A stretch of DNA of 64,000 nucleotides from Brevibacterium luteolum (GTDB taxonomy: Bacteria; Actinomycetota; Actinomycetes; Actinomycetales; Brevibacteriaceae): NCBI RefSeq assembly GCF_013004595.1, contig NZ_JABEMC010000002.1, forward strand, positions 248,001-312,000, given 5' to 3'. Of this stretch, positions 19,430 to 29,252 are shown piece after piece. A program made the translations under genes and the position numbers. The number at the start of each line of letters is the position of its first letter. The stretch's first letter is position 1. Below the pieces are notes generated by a model that did no database searches, was not told the origin of the DNA, and saw only the letters and a list, made by a program, of their open reading frames with translations.

Positions 19430-19910
19430 CTCCGTTCGACTCGTCAGCATCGACTGCCGGATCGTGCAGCTCCACGACGTCCTCGCCGACGTCGCCGTCT
19501 GCAAGGGCTTCGGCGGCGGAGTGCTCGACCACCGCCTCGGCGTCGGAGGCGAACAGCGGACCGACCTGGTGCCGGCCGGGAACATTCGATTCCGACAGCG
19601 CACGCTCGTGGGCCTTGGCGGTGCCGCGGGACTCACCGATGACCGGGGTGCGGGACTCCGAGCGGCTGACGTAGCGGGACACCGCGACCGAGCCGGCGAA
19701 GCCGAGGGAGGCGAGCGCGAGCATGACCGGCAGCAGGTCTGTGCGGCCGGTGACCACGATGAAGCCGCCGAATCCGCACAGCATGGTGGCCAGCAGCACG
19801 TCGGTGGAGATCATCCGGTCGAGGATCGAAGGCCCCTTGATCATGCGGGTGACGGTGATGTAAAAAGCGGCTGCGAAGAGCAGACCGGCGATGACGGCGA
19901 CGATCGTCAT
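19413..19910 (-). CDS. mnhF: Na+/H+ antiporter subunit F with acidic C-terminal extension
   Basis: KGPSILDRMISTD, GFAGSVAVSRY. Confidence 0.88.
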   Translation of the reverse strand: MTIVAVIAGLLFAAAFYITVTRMIKGPSILDRMISTDVLLATMLCGFGGFIVVTGRTDLLPVMLALASLGFAGSVAVSRYVSRSESRTPVIGESRGTAKAHERALSESNVPGRHQVGPLFASDAEAVVEHSAAEALADGDVGEDVVELHDPAVDADESNGDENDR

Positions 19911-20569
19911 GGGCGCTTCCTCCTCCGCTGGGAGATCGACAGGTGTTCGAGCACCGGCCGCTGTCCGTTCTCCTGCCGCCAGTCGTTGAGGATCGCGATG
20001 TCGTGGGCGGAGCCGATGGCGCGCACGAGATGGTATTCGATGCGGTAGGCCAGGGCTCTGGCCTCTTCGACGTCCTCATCGCTTGCGCAGTTGAGCACAT
20101 GCAGGTAGATCGTCGACCGGGCTCGGTTGATCTCCGTGGCGAAGGAACCGGGGATGAGTCCGGCGACGAGCGCGACGAGCGTGATGAGCAGGTCGGAGCG
20201 GGTGTGCAGGTCGATGGCGACGAGACTGCCGGCGCGCACCTTCGCCGGGCGCACCGACAGCCACGCCACTTCGATCGAGGCTTTGACCATCGACCAGGTG
20301 AACCAGGCGATGAACACGATGACGTACCAGACGTTCATGCGACCGGAGAACTCCACCGGCGGCAGATAGAAGATGCGGCTGACTGTCCAGGCGATGATAA
20401 GCCCGGTGCCGACCGTCAGCACGCTGACATCGTCCCACAGCATCACCCATAGGGCGATGAGACCGGCGAGCAGCAGCCAGTGCTCCCGACTGGGCAGGCG
20501 GAAGAACCAGCGAAGCCGCTGGCCCAAGGTGGGTTTGCGCTCTGCAGAGAGGATCCGCTGGGGACTCAT
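19907..20569 (-). CDS. mnhE: Na+/H+ antiporter subunit E
   Basis: LWVMLW, LIPGS, YLHVL; operon position. Confidence 0.88.
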   Translation of the reverse strand: MSPQRILSAERKPTLGQRLRWFFRLPSREHWLLLAGLIALWVMLWDDVSVLTVGTGLIIAWTVSRIFYLPPVEFSGRMNVWYVIVFIAWFTWSMVKASIEVAWLSVRPAKVRAGSLVAIDLHTRSDLLITLVALVAGLIPGSFATEINRARSTIYLHVLNCASDEDVEEARALAYRIEYHLVRAIGSAHDIAILNDWRQENGQRPVLEHLSISQRRRKRP

Positions 20570-22146
20570 CGGTCACCTCGCAGATCGAGCACAGAGGTGA
20601 TGTAGGTGTTGGGTCCGCGCAGGTTCTCCGCTGCCCGGGACGAGACGTCCCACAGGGGGCCGGCGATGAGCGTGAGCGAGACGCTGACGGCGACGATGAG
20701 GGTGGTGGCAAAGACCATTGTCGGATCCGAGGTGATGGAGGAGGTCCAGCGGCGGCCGTCGGCCAGGGCCGCGCGGCGTTCCTTGAATTCGGTGACGAGT
20801 TCCTCGGTGGGCTCTTCGACGTCGTCGGGGTCGCGCCAGAAACCGAGGTTCCAGGTCTTGCCGATGACGTAGAGGGTCAGCAGGCTGGTGAGCGTGCCCG
20901 CGCCAATGAGCACGAAGATGAGCCAATCGCGCGTGTCGAAGCCGGCGGTGAAGAGCGCGACCTTGCCAATGAACCCGGAGAAGGGCGGGATGCCGGCGAG
21001 GTTGAGAGCGGGAATGAAGAACAGCAGGCTGATCCAGGGAGCGAGCACACCGAGTCCGCCGAGCTTGCGGATCGAGGTGGAGCCGGCGCGCTGCTCGATA
21101 AGCCCGATGGCCAGGAACAGCGCGGTCTGCACCAGAATGTGGTGCAGGGTGTAGAAGATCGCAGCAGTCAGTCCTTCGACGGTGCCCATGGCGACGCCGA
21201 AGATCATGTAGCCGATGTGGGAGATGAGCGTGAAGGACAGCATCCGCTTGATCTCCGACTGGGCGATCGCACCGAGGATGCCGACGATCATCGTCAGCCC
21301 GCCGATGACCAGCAGCGGTACGCGCAGGTCGGATTCTGCGAAGATGACGGTTTCGGTGCGGATGATCGCGTAGATGCCGACCTTCGTCAGCAGCCCGGCG
21401 AATACGGCGGTGACCGGGGCGGGGGCCGTCGGATAGGAGTCCGGCAGCCAGAACGCCAGCGGGAAGACCGCGGCTTTGATGCCGAAGCCCAGCAGCAGGA
21501 TGATGTGCAGAATCAGCTGGACGTCTTCCGGCAGCCGGCCGATCCGCTCGGACAGCTGGGCCATGTTGACGGTGCCGGTCGCGGCGAAGATGAGGCCGAT
21601 GGCCGAGAGGAAGATGATCGAGGACACCAGCGAGATGACGATGTAGGTCACGCCCGCCCGGATCCGCTCACCGGTCGAGCCGAGGGTCAGCAGCACATAC
21701 GAGGCCGCCAGCAGCATCTCGAAGCCGACGTAGAGGTTGAACAGGTCGCCGGTGACGAACGCTGCTGCCACACCGGCGCACAGAATGAGGTAGGCGGGAT
21801 AGAAGACGCTGACCGGCGTCTCGTTTGAGGTGTCGGCCATCTCTTCGCCGACGGCGTAGAGGAGGACGCCGAAGGTCACGATCGCTGAGATGACGAGCAT
21901 GAGCGCTGAGACCCGGTCGACGACGAGCGCGATGCCGAAGGGCAGCTCCCAGCCGCCGACGGCCAATGCCTGGGTGGCGCGGGCGTCGACGCCGATGAGC
22001 AGGACGACGTCGATGGCGAGCACGGCCAGCAGCGTGATGATGGTGATGGCCGCCTGAGCGCGCGCGCGGCCGGCGAGCATGAGGGTGATGCCGGCGCCGA
22101 TGAGCGGCAGCAGGACAGGCAGAGGGATGAGCATGGCCAGACTCAT
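20566..22146 (-). CDS. mnhD: Na+/H+ antiporter subunit D
   Basis: GDLFNLYVGFE, WLPDSYP, LTKVG, GIPPFSGF. Confidence 0.93.
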   Translation of the reverse strand: MSLAMLIPLPVLLPLIGAGITLMLAGRARAQAAITIITLLAVLAIDVVLLIGVDARATQALAVGGWELPFGIALVVDRVSALMLVISAIVTFGVLLYAVGEEMADTSNETPVSVFYPAYLILCAGVAAAFVTGDLFNLYVGFEMLLAASYVLLTLGSTGERIRAGVTYIVISLVSSIIFLSAIGLIFAATGTVNMAQLSERIGRLPEDVQLILHIILLLGFGIKAAVFPLAFWLPDSYPTAPAPVTAVFAGLLTKVGIYAIIRTETVIFAESDLRVPLLVIGGLTMIVGILGAIAQSEIKRMLSFTLISHIGYMIFGVAMGTVEGLTAAIFYTLHHILVQTALFLAIGLIEQRAGSTSIRKLGGLGVLAPWISLLFFIPALNLAGIPPFSGFIGKVALFTAGFDTRDWLIFVLIGAGTLTSLLTLYVIGKTWNLGFWRDPDDVEEPTEELVTEFKERRAALADGRRWTSSITSDPTMVFATTLIVAVSVSLTLIAGPLWDVSSRAAENLRGPNTYITSVLDLRGDR

Positions 22147-22625
22147 GAGCGCTCATCCTCCTCATCGAGGTCGAGGGCACCGGGGATCGGCGACTGGGCT
22201 TCGTCACCGAATTCGGTGTCGTCGTATTCGCCGCTGGTGCCGGCTTCCTCGGCGCTGTCACGGCCCTGGGCCAAGGCGATGCGGATGTCCTCGATGTCGT
22301 CTTCGAGGTTCTCATTGCGCACCAGTCGCCAGGAGCGGTAGATCATCGCGAGCAGGAACGCACTCATCGCAAAGGTGATGACGATGGCGGTGAGGATGAG
22401 TGCATGCGGCAGCGGGTCGGACATGCCGGCGGCGGAGAGGTTCTGCCCGTCGGTCAGCGGCGGGCGCCCGGGTGGGCCGGCGGTGAGCATGATGAGCACG
22501 TTGGTCGCATTGCCCATGAGCATGAAGCCGAGCAGCACGCGGGTCAGGGACCGGTCGAGCATGAGGTAGATGCCGCAGGCGTACATGACGCCCATAGCCA
22601 GCAGCATGACGATCGAGGGACTCAC
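22143..22625 (-). CDS. mnhC: Na+/H+ antiporter subunit C
   Basis: DPLPHALILTAIVI. Confidence 0.92.
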   Translation of the reverse strand: MSPSIVMLLAMGVMYACGIYLMLDRSLTRVLLGFMLMGNATNVLIMLTAGPPGRPPLTDGQNLSAAGMSDPLPHALILTAIVITFAMSAFLLAMIYRSWRLVRNENLEDDIEDIRIALAQGRDSAEEAGTSGEYDDTEFGDEAQSPIPGALDLDEEDERS

Positions 22626-25600
22626 AGTCGTCCTCCCGATGCTCCGCCGTCGACGTCGACATCGTCCATCCGGCCCAGCAGCGTGTGCAGCTGCTGGGTG
22701 TCCGGTCGGGCCTGTTCGGTGGACAGCGATTCGGCCAGCCGCCGCTCATCGACTTCGTGGTGGCGGTCGACCTCGGCGCCGAGGCTGCGGAGGATGTCGA
22801 GCATGAGGCCGATGACGATGAGGTAGACGCCGATGTCGAACAGCAGCGAGGTTCCGAGGTGGATCTCCCCGATGACGGGAATCTTGACGTCGAACCATGC
22901 CGCGTCGAAGACGGTGCTGCCCCAGAGGAGCCCACCCACCGCTGTGCCGGCGGCGAAGACCAGGCCGAGGCCCAGCAGCTTGCCGGCGTCGACCGGAGCG
23001 GCCTCTGCCAGTTCGTAGCGGCCACCGGCCAGATAGCGCAGCGCCAGCGCCAGACCGGCGACGAGGCCTGCGGCGAAGCCGCCGCCGGGCAGATTGTGTC
23101 CGGCGAAGAGCAGATAGACGGAGAACACGACAACAGCGTGGAAGATGAGCCGGACGATGACTTCGAGCATGATCGATCGGTTGGCCGGCGACAGGGTCCG
23201 TCCAGCCAGCAGCCAGGCGCTGCGGCGCTCTTCGGAGCTCTCCTTCTCATCCGCCAGCGCCCACGCCGGAGCGAGATCGTCCTCGACGGGACGGTAGAGG
23301 CGAGAGAAGACGCTGGGCCGGTTTGCGTCGATGCGCTGCAAGGTGCCTTCACGGCTGCGGACGAAGATGAAGCTTGCGACGCCGGTGGCCGCGGCGACGA
23401 CGACGGAGAGTTCGCCGAGGGTGTCCCAGGCGCGGATGTCGACGAGGGTGACGTTGACGACGTTGGTTCCGTGGCCGATCTCGTAGGCCAGGCGCGGGAA
23501 CATGTCACCGATCGAGGCGTCGGCCCGGGCGCTGAACGCAACGAAGGCCACCACCATCATGGTGATGCCGAAGCCGGCGCCGATGAGCGCCCGCAGTGAG
23601 GGTGAGAGGCGACCGGCTGAGCGGCCGATGCGGGCCGGCAGGCGGCGCAGCACGAGGACGAAGACGACGATCGTGATGGTCTCGACGAGCGCCTGGGTCA
23701 GTGCCAGGTCGGGTGCGCCCTGGTGGGCGAAGAACACGGTCATGCCATAGCCGGTGACGCCGACGACGACGACGGCGGCGAAGCGCTTGTCCGCAGTCGC
23801 TGCGGCGATCGCGCCGATGATCAGGGCGCTGGCGATGAGCAGCTGGAGCCAGGAGTCGGTGAAGCTGACCTCGGCGGGCCAGGTGTCGTTGAGGATGAGG
23901 GCGATGACGATCGTGACGATCGCGAACAGGTAGATCACGCCCTGGTAGAACGGCATCGAACCGCGCTGAGTGCGGGCGGTGACGCCGGCAGCGAAGGACT
24001 CAAGCCAGCTGACGGTCCAGCGGTAGCCGCGGTGGAAGTCGAGTCCGTCGGGCATCGCCGCCTGGAAGGACCTGACCCGGGTGCGGAAGGCGAACAGCAC
24101 AAGACCCAGGCCGATGATGAGAAGGCTGAACAGCAGTGCCGGCTCCAGCCCGTGCCACAGCGCCAGATGGTAGGGCTGTCCGCTGCCGGTCACCGGCAGC
24201 TGGCTGGTCCAGGGGCTGATGAGCCGGTCAACGGACGAGGCGGCAAAGCCGCCGATCAGGGTCAATGCGGTCAGCAGCACCGGGGAGCTGATGAGCAGCG
24301 GGCTGTCGGATCCGGCGTCGACCGGTTCGACGCCGGGCTTGACGGAGAAGGCGCCCCAGACGAACCGGGCGGAGTAGGCGACGGTGAGGATCGAGCCGAC
24401 GGTCACGCCGATGAGTGCGATGACGCCTTCCTTGGAGCCGTCGGCCAGCAGGGTGGAGAAGACGGCTTCCTTGGCAGCGAAGCCGAGCGTCGGAGGCAGC
24501 CCGGCCATCGAGGCAGCAGAGATGAGGGTGAGGGCGAACAGCAGCGGTGAGCAGCGCGCATAACCGGAGAGCTTGCGCAGGTCGCGAGTGCCGGCATGGT
24601 GGTCGATGATGCCGACGATGAGGAACAGCGCGGCCTTGAACAGGCTGTGGGCCAGCAGCAGGGCAAGCGCTGCGGTGGTGAGGTCGCGACTGCCGAAGGC
24701 CGAGACGATGGTGAGGAAGCCCAGCTGCGAGACGGTGCCGTAGGCCAGCAGCAGCTTGAGGTCGTGCTGCTTGAGGGCCTGCCAGGCCCCGATGAACATC
24801 GTGGCGATGCCGAGGCTCAGCAGCATCAGGTGCCAGCCGGGCATGCCGCTGAAGCCCGGTGCCAGGCGCATGACGAGGTAGATGCCGGCCTTGACCATCG
24901 CAGCGGCGTGCAGGTAAGCGCTGACGGGGGTGGGGGCGGCCATGGCACCGGGCAGCCAGAAGTGGAAGGGCACAAGCGCGGACTTCGAGACCGCGCCGAC
25001 GAGGATGAGGATGATCGCGGCGATTACGAGGCCGTCGTGGTAGCCGGGCTCGAAGCCGCGCTGGACGGCCGAGGAGAGCTTGCCGCTGCCGAAGATGTTG
25101 CCGAGGAGGATGACGCCGATGAGCATCGACAGCCCGCCGGCGGTGGTGACGATGAGGGCCTGCAGGGCCGCACGCCTCGTCTGCTGCCGGGAGTGGTATT
25201 GGCCGATGAGCAGGTAGCTGAAGATCGTCGTGCCCTCCCAGAAGATGTAGAGCAGCAGCATCTCATCAGCGACGATGAGCCCGTACATCGTTCCGGCGAA
25301 CGCCATGAGAATCCCGGCGAAGCGGCCGAGCCTGAGCTCGTCGGCATCGAAGTAGCGCGCGCAGTAGAGGAAGACGAGCGCCCCGACACTGGTGACGAGC
25401 AGGGAGAAGATCCACGAGAGCATGTCCATCCGGAACACCAGCGACATGTCGAGCGCCGGGATCCAGCGATAGGACTCAACCCACACCTCGGCGCCGGTGA
25501 GCATGAGCGGGGCGAGCGACAGCGACAGGGCGAGACCAGCGGCGGGGACGAGTGCGAGCGCGGCGAAGCCGGTGCGGCCGAGGTACCGGATGAACAGCGG

Positions 25601-25645
25601 GGCGATGACGGCAGCCAGGAAGAAAGCTCCCGTCATCACTGCCAT
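22622..25645 (-). CDS. mnhA: Na+/H+ antiporter subunit A (fused A+B)
   Basis: KSA.VPFHFWLPGAMAAPTPVSAYLH; MnhB-type GHNLPGGGF at the C-terminus. Confidence 0.95.
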   Translation of the reverse strand: MAVMTGAFFLAAVIAPLFIRYLGRTGFAALALVPAAGLALSLSLAPLMLTGAEVWVESYRWIPALDMSLVFRMDMLSWIFSLLVTSVGALVFLYCARYFDADELRLGRFAGILMAFAGTMYGLIVADEMLLLYIFWEGTTIFSYLLIGQYHSRQQTRRAALQALIVTTAGGLSMLIGVILLGNIFGSGKLSSAVQRGFEPGYHDGLVIAAIILILVGAVSKSALVPFHFWLPGAMAAPTPVSAYLHAAAMVKAGIYLVMRLAPGFSGMPGWHLMLLSLGIATMFIGAWQALKQHDLKLLLAYGTVSQLGFLTIVSAFGSRDLTTAALALLLAHSLFKAALFLIVGIIDHHAGTRDLRKLSGYARCSPLLFALTLISAASMAGLPPTLGFAAKEAVFSTLLADGSKEGVIALIGVTVGSILTVAYSARFVWGAFSVKPGVEPVDAGSDSPLLISSPVLLTALTLIGGFAASSVDRLISPWTSQLPVTGSGQPYHLALWHGLEPALLFSLLIIGLGLVLFAFRTRVRSFQAAMPDGLDFHRGYRWTVSWLESFAAGVTARTQRGSMPFYQGVIYLFAIVTIVIALILNDTWPAEVSFTDSWLQLLIASALIIGAIAAATADKRFAAVVVVGVTGYGMTVFFAHQGAPDLALTQALVETITIVVFVLVLRRLPARIGRSAGRLSPSLRALIGAGFGITMMVVAFVAFSARADASIGDMFPRLAYEIGHGTNVVNVTLVDIRAWDTLGELSVVVAAATGVASFIFVRSREGTLQRIDANRPSVFSRLYRPVEDDLAPAWALADEKESSEERRSAWLLAGRTLSPANRSIMLEVIVRLIFHAVVVFSVYLLFAGHNLPGGGFAAGLVAGLALALRYLAGGRYELAEAAPVDAGKLLGLGLVFAAGTAVGGLLWGSTVFDAAWFDVKIPVIGEIHLGTSLLFDIGVYLIVIGLMLDILRSLGAEVDRHHEVDERRLAESLSTEQARPDTQQLHTLLGRMDDVDVDGGASGGRL

Positions 25646-25756
25646 GCTGTCACCTCACCCCCAGCGGTCCACGCCTCTATTCTGGCATATCCGCCGATGC
25701 CGGTGAAAAGCGGCGAGGGGATCGATGCTGGTCAGCATCGACGTCAGATCCTCCTG

Positions 25757-26752
25757 TCAGCCGCGCAGCTGGTTCTCGGTGACGAGGAAACCGCTTTCGT
25801 CGGCGGCGATGCCGGCAGTCCCGGAGATGACGGAGGCGGCCATCTCCTCGAGCCTCACGGCGGCGGTGCGGCGCAGGTTCGACAGCCATGCGCCGGGCTG
25901 CCGGTCGTAGCGGCGGTCGTCGGTGTCGATCCAGGTCAGGTGGTAGCACACGGCGGTCTCGCCGAGGTGTTCGGTGACGATGCGCGGCATAGCGGTCTCG
26001 ACGCTGACGCGCACCGCGATGCTGCCGGCGGCCGGGCCCAGCTCATCGAGGCTGACGGTGACCTCATAGCCATCGAGCACGACGGGTTCGTCGGGGTCGA
26101 CGATGCCGGCGCCGATGAGCTCACTGACCCGGGCCTCCTGCTCCGGGGTCAGCGGGCCGGGCAGGTCGGCGCTCGGTTCGAGTTCGCGCAGCCGGGCCAG
26201 CAGCACGTCAGGGGCCAGCCAGTAGGGCGAGTAGACGAAGATGTCGATGTGGGATTCGGGATCCGGGGTGATGATCCGGTTGGTGCGCCCGTTCTCGTCT
26301 GCGAGCCTCACGGCGACGTGGAGGCGGCGGGCGAGGGCGATGAGCGCGGCCAGTGACCGGCCCTCTTCGCGTTCGGGCAGGCCGTCGGGGAAGTGGCGTT
26401 CGAGGCCGTCGGCATCGGAGTACCACTCCGGGGGTGGGGCGTCCTCGCGGTCGCGGGGGCAGGACAGGGCGAAGACGACATCGGCCCAGTCGGGCAGTCC
26501 CAGCCGGGTGCGGGCCTCGGCCGGCAGGTAGATCGGGCCTTTGAGGGCCGAGTGGCGGGTCATCCGCCAGCGCAGCACCTCAGGTGCGGTGCTGGTCGCC
26601 GGTGCCACCGCCTCGGGTTCGGGCAGCCGCGGGTAGAGGTTCGACAGCAGCGCGATGACGTCGCTGGCCTCCAGGCCGGCGTCGACGATGAGCAGGTGCT
26701 CACCGGCGAGGACTTCGGGGCTGCGCGGGTCGGGAGTGGCTGGTGCGCTCAT
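25757..26752 (-). CDS. hypothetical protein
   Basis: 331-aa ORF co-oriented just downstream of dcd, with typical codon bias. Confidence 0.7.
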   Translation of the reverse strand: MSAPATPDPRSPEVLAGEHLLIVDAGLEASDVIALLSNLYPRLPEPEAVAPATSTAPEVLRWRMTRHSALKGPIYLPAEARTRLGLPDWADVVFALSCPRDREDAPPPEWYSDADGLERHFPDGLPEREEGRSLAALIALARRLHVAVRLADENGRTNRIITPDPESHIDIFVYSPYWLAPDVLLARLRELEPSADLPGPLTPEQEARVSELIGAGIVDPDEPVVLDGYEVTVSLDELGPAAGSIAVRVSVETAMPRIVTEHLGETAVCYHLTWIDTDDRRYDRQPGAWLSNLRRTAAVRLEEMAASVISGTAGIAADESGFLVTENQLRG

Positions 26753-26762
26753 GGCGGTGGTG

Positions 26763-27365
26763 TCAGTCGTCTGGGCCGTTGCCGGTCATGGGCGCGCGGT
26801 GGAAGTTCATGAACGCGCGCGAGGCGGTGGGCCCGCGCTGACCCTGGTAGCGGTTCTTGCGGGCGGCATCCGAGCCGTAGGGGTGCTCGGCTGGGGAGGA
26901 CAGGGCGAAGAAGCACATCTGGCCGATCTTCATGCCCGGCCACAGAGTGATCGGCAGGGTCGCGACGTTCGACAGCTCCAAAGTGACGTGACCGGAGAAG
27001 CCGGGGTCGATGAATCCAGCAGTCGAGTGGGTCAGCAGGCCGAGGCGGCCGAGGGAGGACTTGCCTTCGAGCCGGGCGGCGATGGTGTCCGGCAGGGAGA
27101 TGAGCTCAAGCGTCGAGGCGAGGACGAACTCCCCGGGATGCAGGACGAAGGGGCCTTCGGGGTCGACTTCGACGAAGCGGGTGAGCTCCGGCTGCTCCTG
27201 GGAGGGATCGATGACGGAGTACTTGTGGTTGTCGAAGAGCCGGAAGTAGCGGTCGAGGCACACGTCGATGCTCGCCGGCTGGATCATCTCCGGGTCGTAG
27301 GGGTCCAGACGCACGTTCCCGGCGTCGATCTCGGCGCGGATGTCACGATCGGATAGCAGAGTCAC
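26763..27365 (-). CDS. dcd: dCTP deaminase
   Basis: [36 protein letters not shown]. Confidence 0.96.
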   Translation of the reverse strand: MTLLSDRDIRAEIDAGNVRLDPYDPEMIQPASIDVCLDRYFRLFDNHKYSVIDPSQEQPELTRFVEVDPEGPFVLHPGEFVLASTLELISLPDTIAARLEGKSSLGRLGLLTHSTAGFIDPGFSGHVTLELSNVATLPITLWPGMKIGQMCFFALSSPAEHPYGSDAARKNRYQGQRGPTASRAFMNFHRAPMTGNGPDD

Positions 27366-27419
27366 CCTGCCAATCTATCGCGATTTGGCAACGATTTCGT
27401 CACTTTCCAGCGGGCTGGT

Positions 27420-27459
27420 TCACAGAAAACTCACCGAGAGCTGGACAGATGCTCTACAG
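27420..27459 (+). promoter_or_regulatory. TCACAG-N5-TCACCG plus further ACAG units at ~11-bp spacing (PhoP/OmpR-type sites)
   Basis: ACAG/ACCG units end at 27425, 27436, 27448, 27459, upstream of the LPXTG gene. Confidence 0.4.
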
Positions 27460-27597
27460 TGGGTTGTGACATTACGCCCGCGCCGATGGTGCCTTCCCCC
27501 TTTGTGACCAAAGGAAGCCGGGAATGCCAGGGTCATCCCTGGACGCACTTCGTCGCCTTCTGCGTGGACGTAGCTTCCACAACCGAAAGGCCGAACT

Positions 27598-29226
27598 GTG
27601 AAGACTTCCAAGAGTCTTGTGCTTGCCCCCGCAGTCGCCGTAGCGGTTTCCGGCATGTTTGCCGTACCAGCCGTCGCGTCCACCAGCACTGCGCCCGATA
27701 GTCCGCCCTCGCAGGGCGAGACGAAGAAGCCCGAAGCCACTGTCGAATCCGAGACTGTCACGCAGTCCGACATCACCGACGAGGACAAGGGCATCAAGTT
27801 CTCCGGAAGCGGGTTCAGCGGTGACAAGACCGCGAGCGTCACCGTCACCGGAACCGACGGAACCGAGTACAAGGCCGAGAAGAAACTGACCGTCAACGAC
27901 AAGGGTGAAGTCAACGGATCGTACTACTTCACCACCACTGGCGACGCCAAGGTGCCGCTCGGTGAGTACAAACTCAAGCTGGTCGGCAATGACTCGAAGG
28001 TCGAGTCGACTGAGGTGTCCTTCAAGGTCGTCTCCGATTCCGACGCACCGGCTCCGACGCCGACCGAGGAGGAGACCACCCCGTCACAGGACCCCACCAC
28101 ACCGACGGTTGATCCGACGACGCCGACCGCGACTCCCACCGAAACCAAGAAGCCGAAGCAGACTGAGGAGCCGAAGCCGGAGATCGGTGAGATCAAGGCC
28201 AGCGCTGCCGAGGTCAAAGAGAAGGCCTTCCTGGACAAGGACATCGAGTTCACCGGCGAGGGATTCACCGCCAACCTCAAGACCACTGTCACCGTCAAGG
28301 CGCCGGCTGAGAACGGCGAGGCGCCGCAGACTGCCGAGGCCGAGGTCACCACCGACAAGGACGGCAAGCTCGCGTTCACCGTCAAGGGCGCGCCTGCCGC
28401 CGACGCCCTGGCCACACCGGCCAGCGGCGACAGCGATGCTCCGCTCGAGATCGCCGTCAAGCCCGGCACCTACACCGTCGAGGTGAAGGCCGAGGGTGCA
28501 GAGAAGGCCGCAACGACCACCTTCGATGTCACCGCTGCCGCGACCGAGGAGCCGACCCCGACAGGCACCCCGAGCCCGTCGGACAGCCCGTCTGCCACCA
28601 GCGATCCCTCGGAGTCGGCAACCCCGAGCGACACCCCGAGCGCCACGCCTTCTGAGACCCCATCGGAGACGACCGCGCCGAGCAAGTCGCCGGTGCCCAC
28701 CGGCCAGCCGACGGAATCGGATGACAAGAAGGCTGAACCGAAGCTCACGATCGATCCGCTGGAGATCGCCTCTGCCGATTTCGGCAAGGACGGCGTCAAG
28801 ATCATCGGTGAGAACTTCGAGCCCGGCCAGAAGGTCACCATGGTCGTCAACCACGCCCAGGGCAAGGTCAAGCAGTACACCACGGAGGTCACCGCCGATG
28901 ACAACGGCGTGGCTGCCTTCCGTGTGCGCGCGGTGACCACCCCGGTGCTCGGCCAGTACAACGTCACTGTCCACCCGTCTGACTCGGCAGCCGACGGCGA
29001 TCAGGCGCTGCACGGCAGCTTCACCGTCATCACCAACGGCTCGTCGGTCGGCGATGAGACGACCGGTGACACGAAGAAGGACACCTCCGGTGGCACGGAC
29101 CTGCCGCGCACCGGTGCTGAGCTGACCGGACTGGCGATGGGCGCAGGCCTGCTCGTCATCGGCGCAGCCGCTGTCGTCATCACCCGCCGCCGCACCGCCG
29201 GTGGCAACGGACCTGCCGACATCTGA
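27598..29226 (+). CDS. sortase-anchored (LPRTG) surface protein with three repeated beta-rich domains
   Basis: Signal peptide; Thr/Pro/Ser linkers; LPRTG + TM + RRR tail. Confidence 0.88.
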   Translation: MKTSKSLVLAPAVAVAVSGMFAVPAVASTSTAPDSPPSQGETKKPEATVESETVTQSDITDEDKGIKFSGSGFSGDKTASVTVTGTDGTEYKAEKKLTVNDKGEVNGSYYFTTTGDAKVPLGEYKLKLVGNDSKVESTEVSFKVVSDSDAPAPTPTEEETTPSQDPTTPTVDPTTPTATPTETKKPKQTEEPKPEIGEIKASAAEVKEKAFLDKDIEFTGEGFTANLKTTVTVKAPAENGEAPQTAEAEVTTDKDGKLAFTVKGAPAADALATPASGDSDAPLEIAVKPGTYTVEVKAEGAEKAATTTFDVTAAATEEPTPTGTPSPSDSPSATSDPSESATPSDTPSATPSETPSETTAPSKSPVPTGQPTESDDKKAEPKLTIDPLEIASADFGKDGVKIIGENFEPGQKVTMVVNHAQGKVKQYTTEVTADDNGVAAFRVRAVTTPVLGQYNVTVHPSDSAADGDQALHGSFTVITNGSSVGDETTGDTKKDTSGGTDLPRTGAELTGLAMGAGLLVIGAAAVVITRRRTAGGNGPADI

Positions 29227-29252
29227 GCTGAGAGTTCAGAAGGCAGGCTGCT

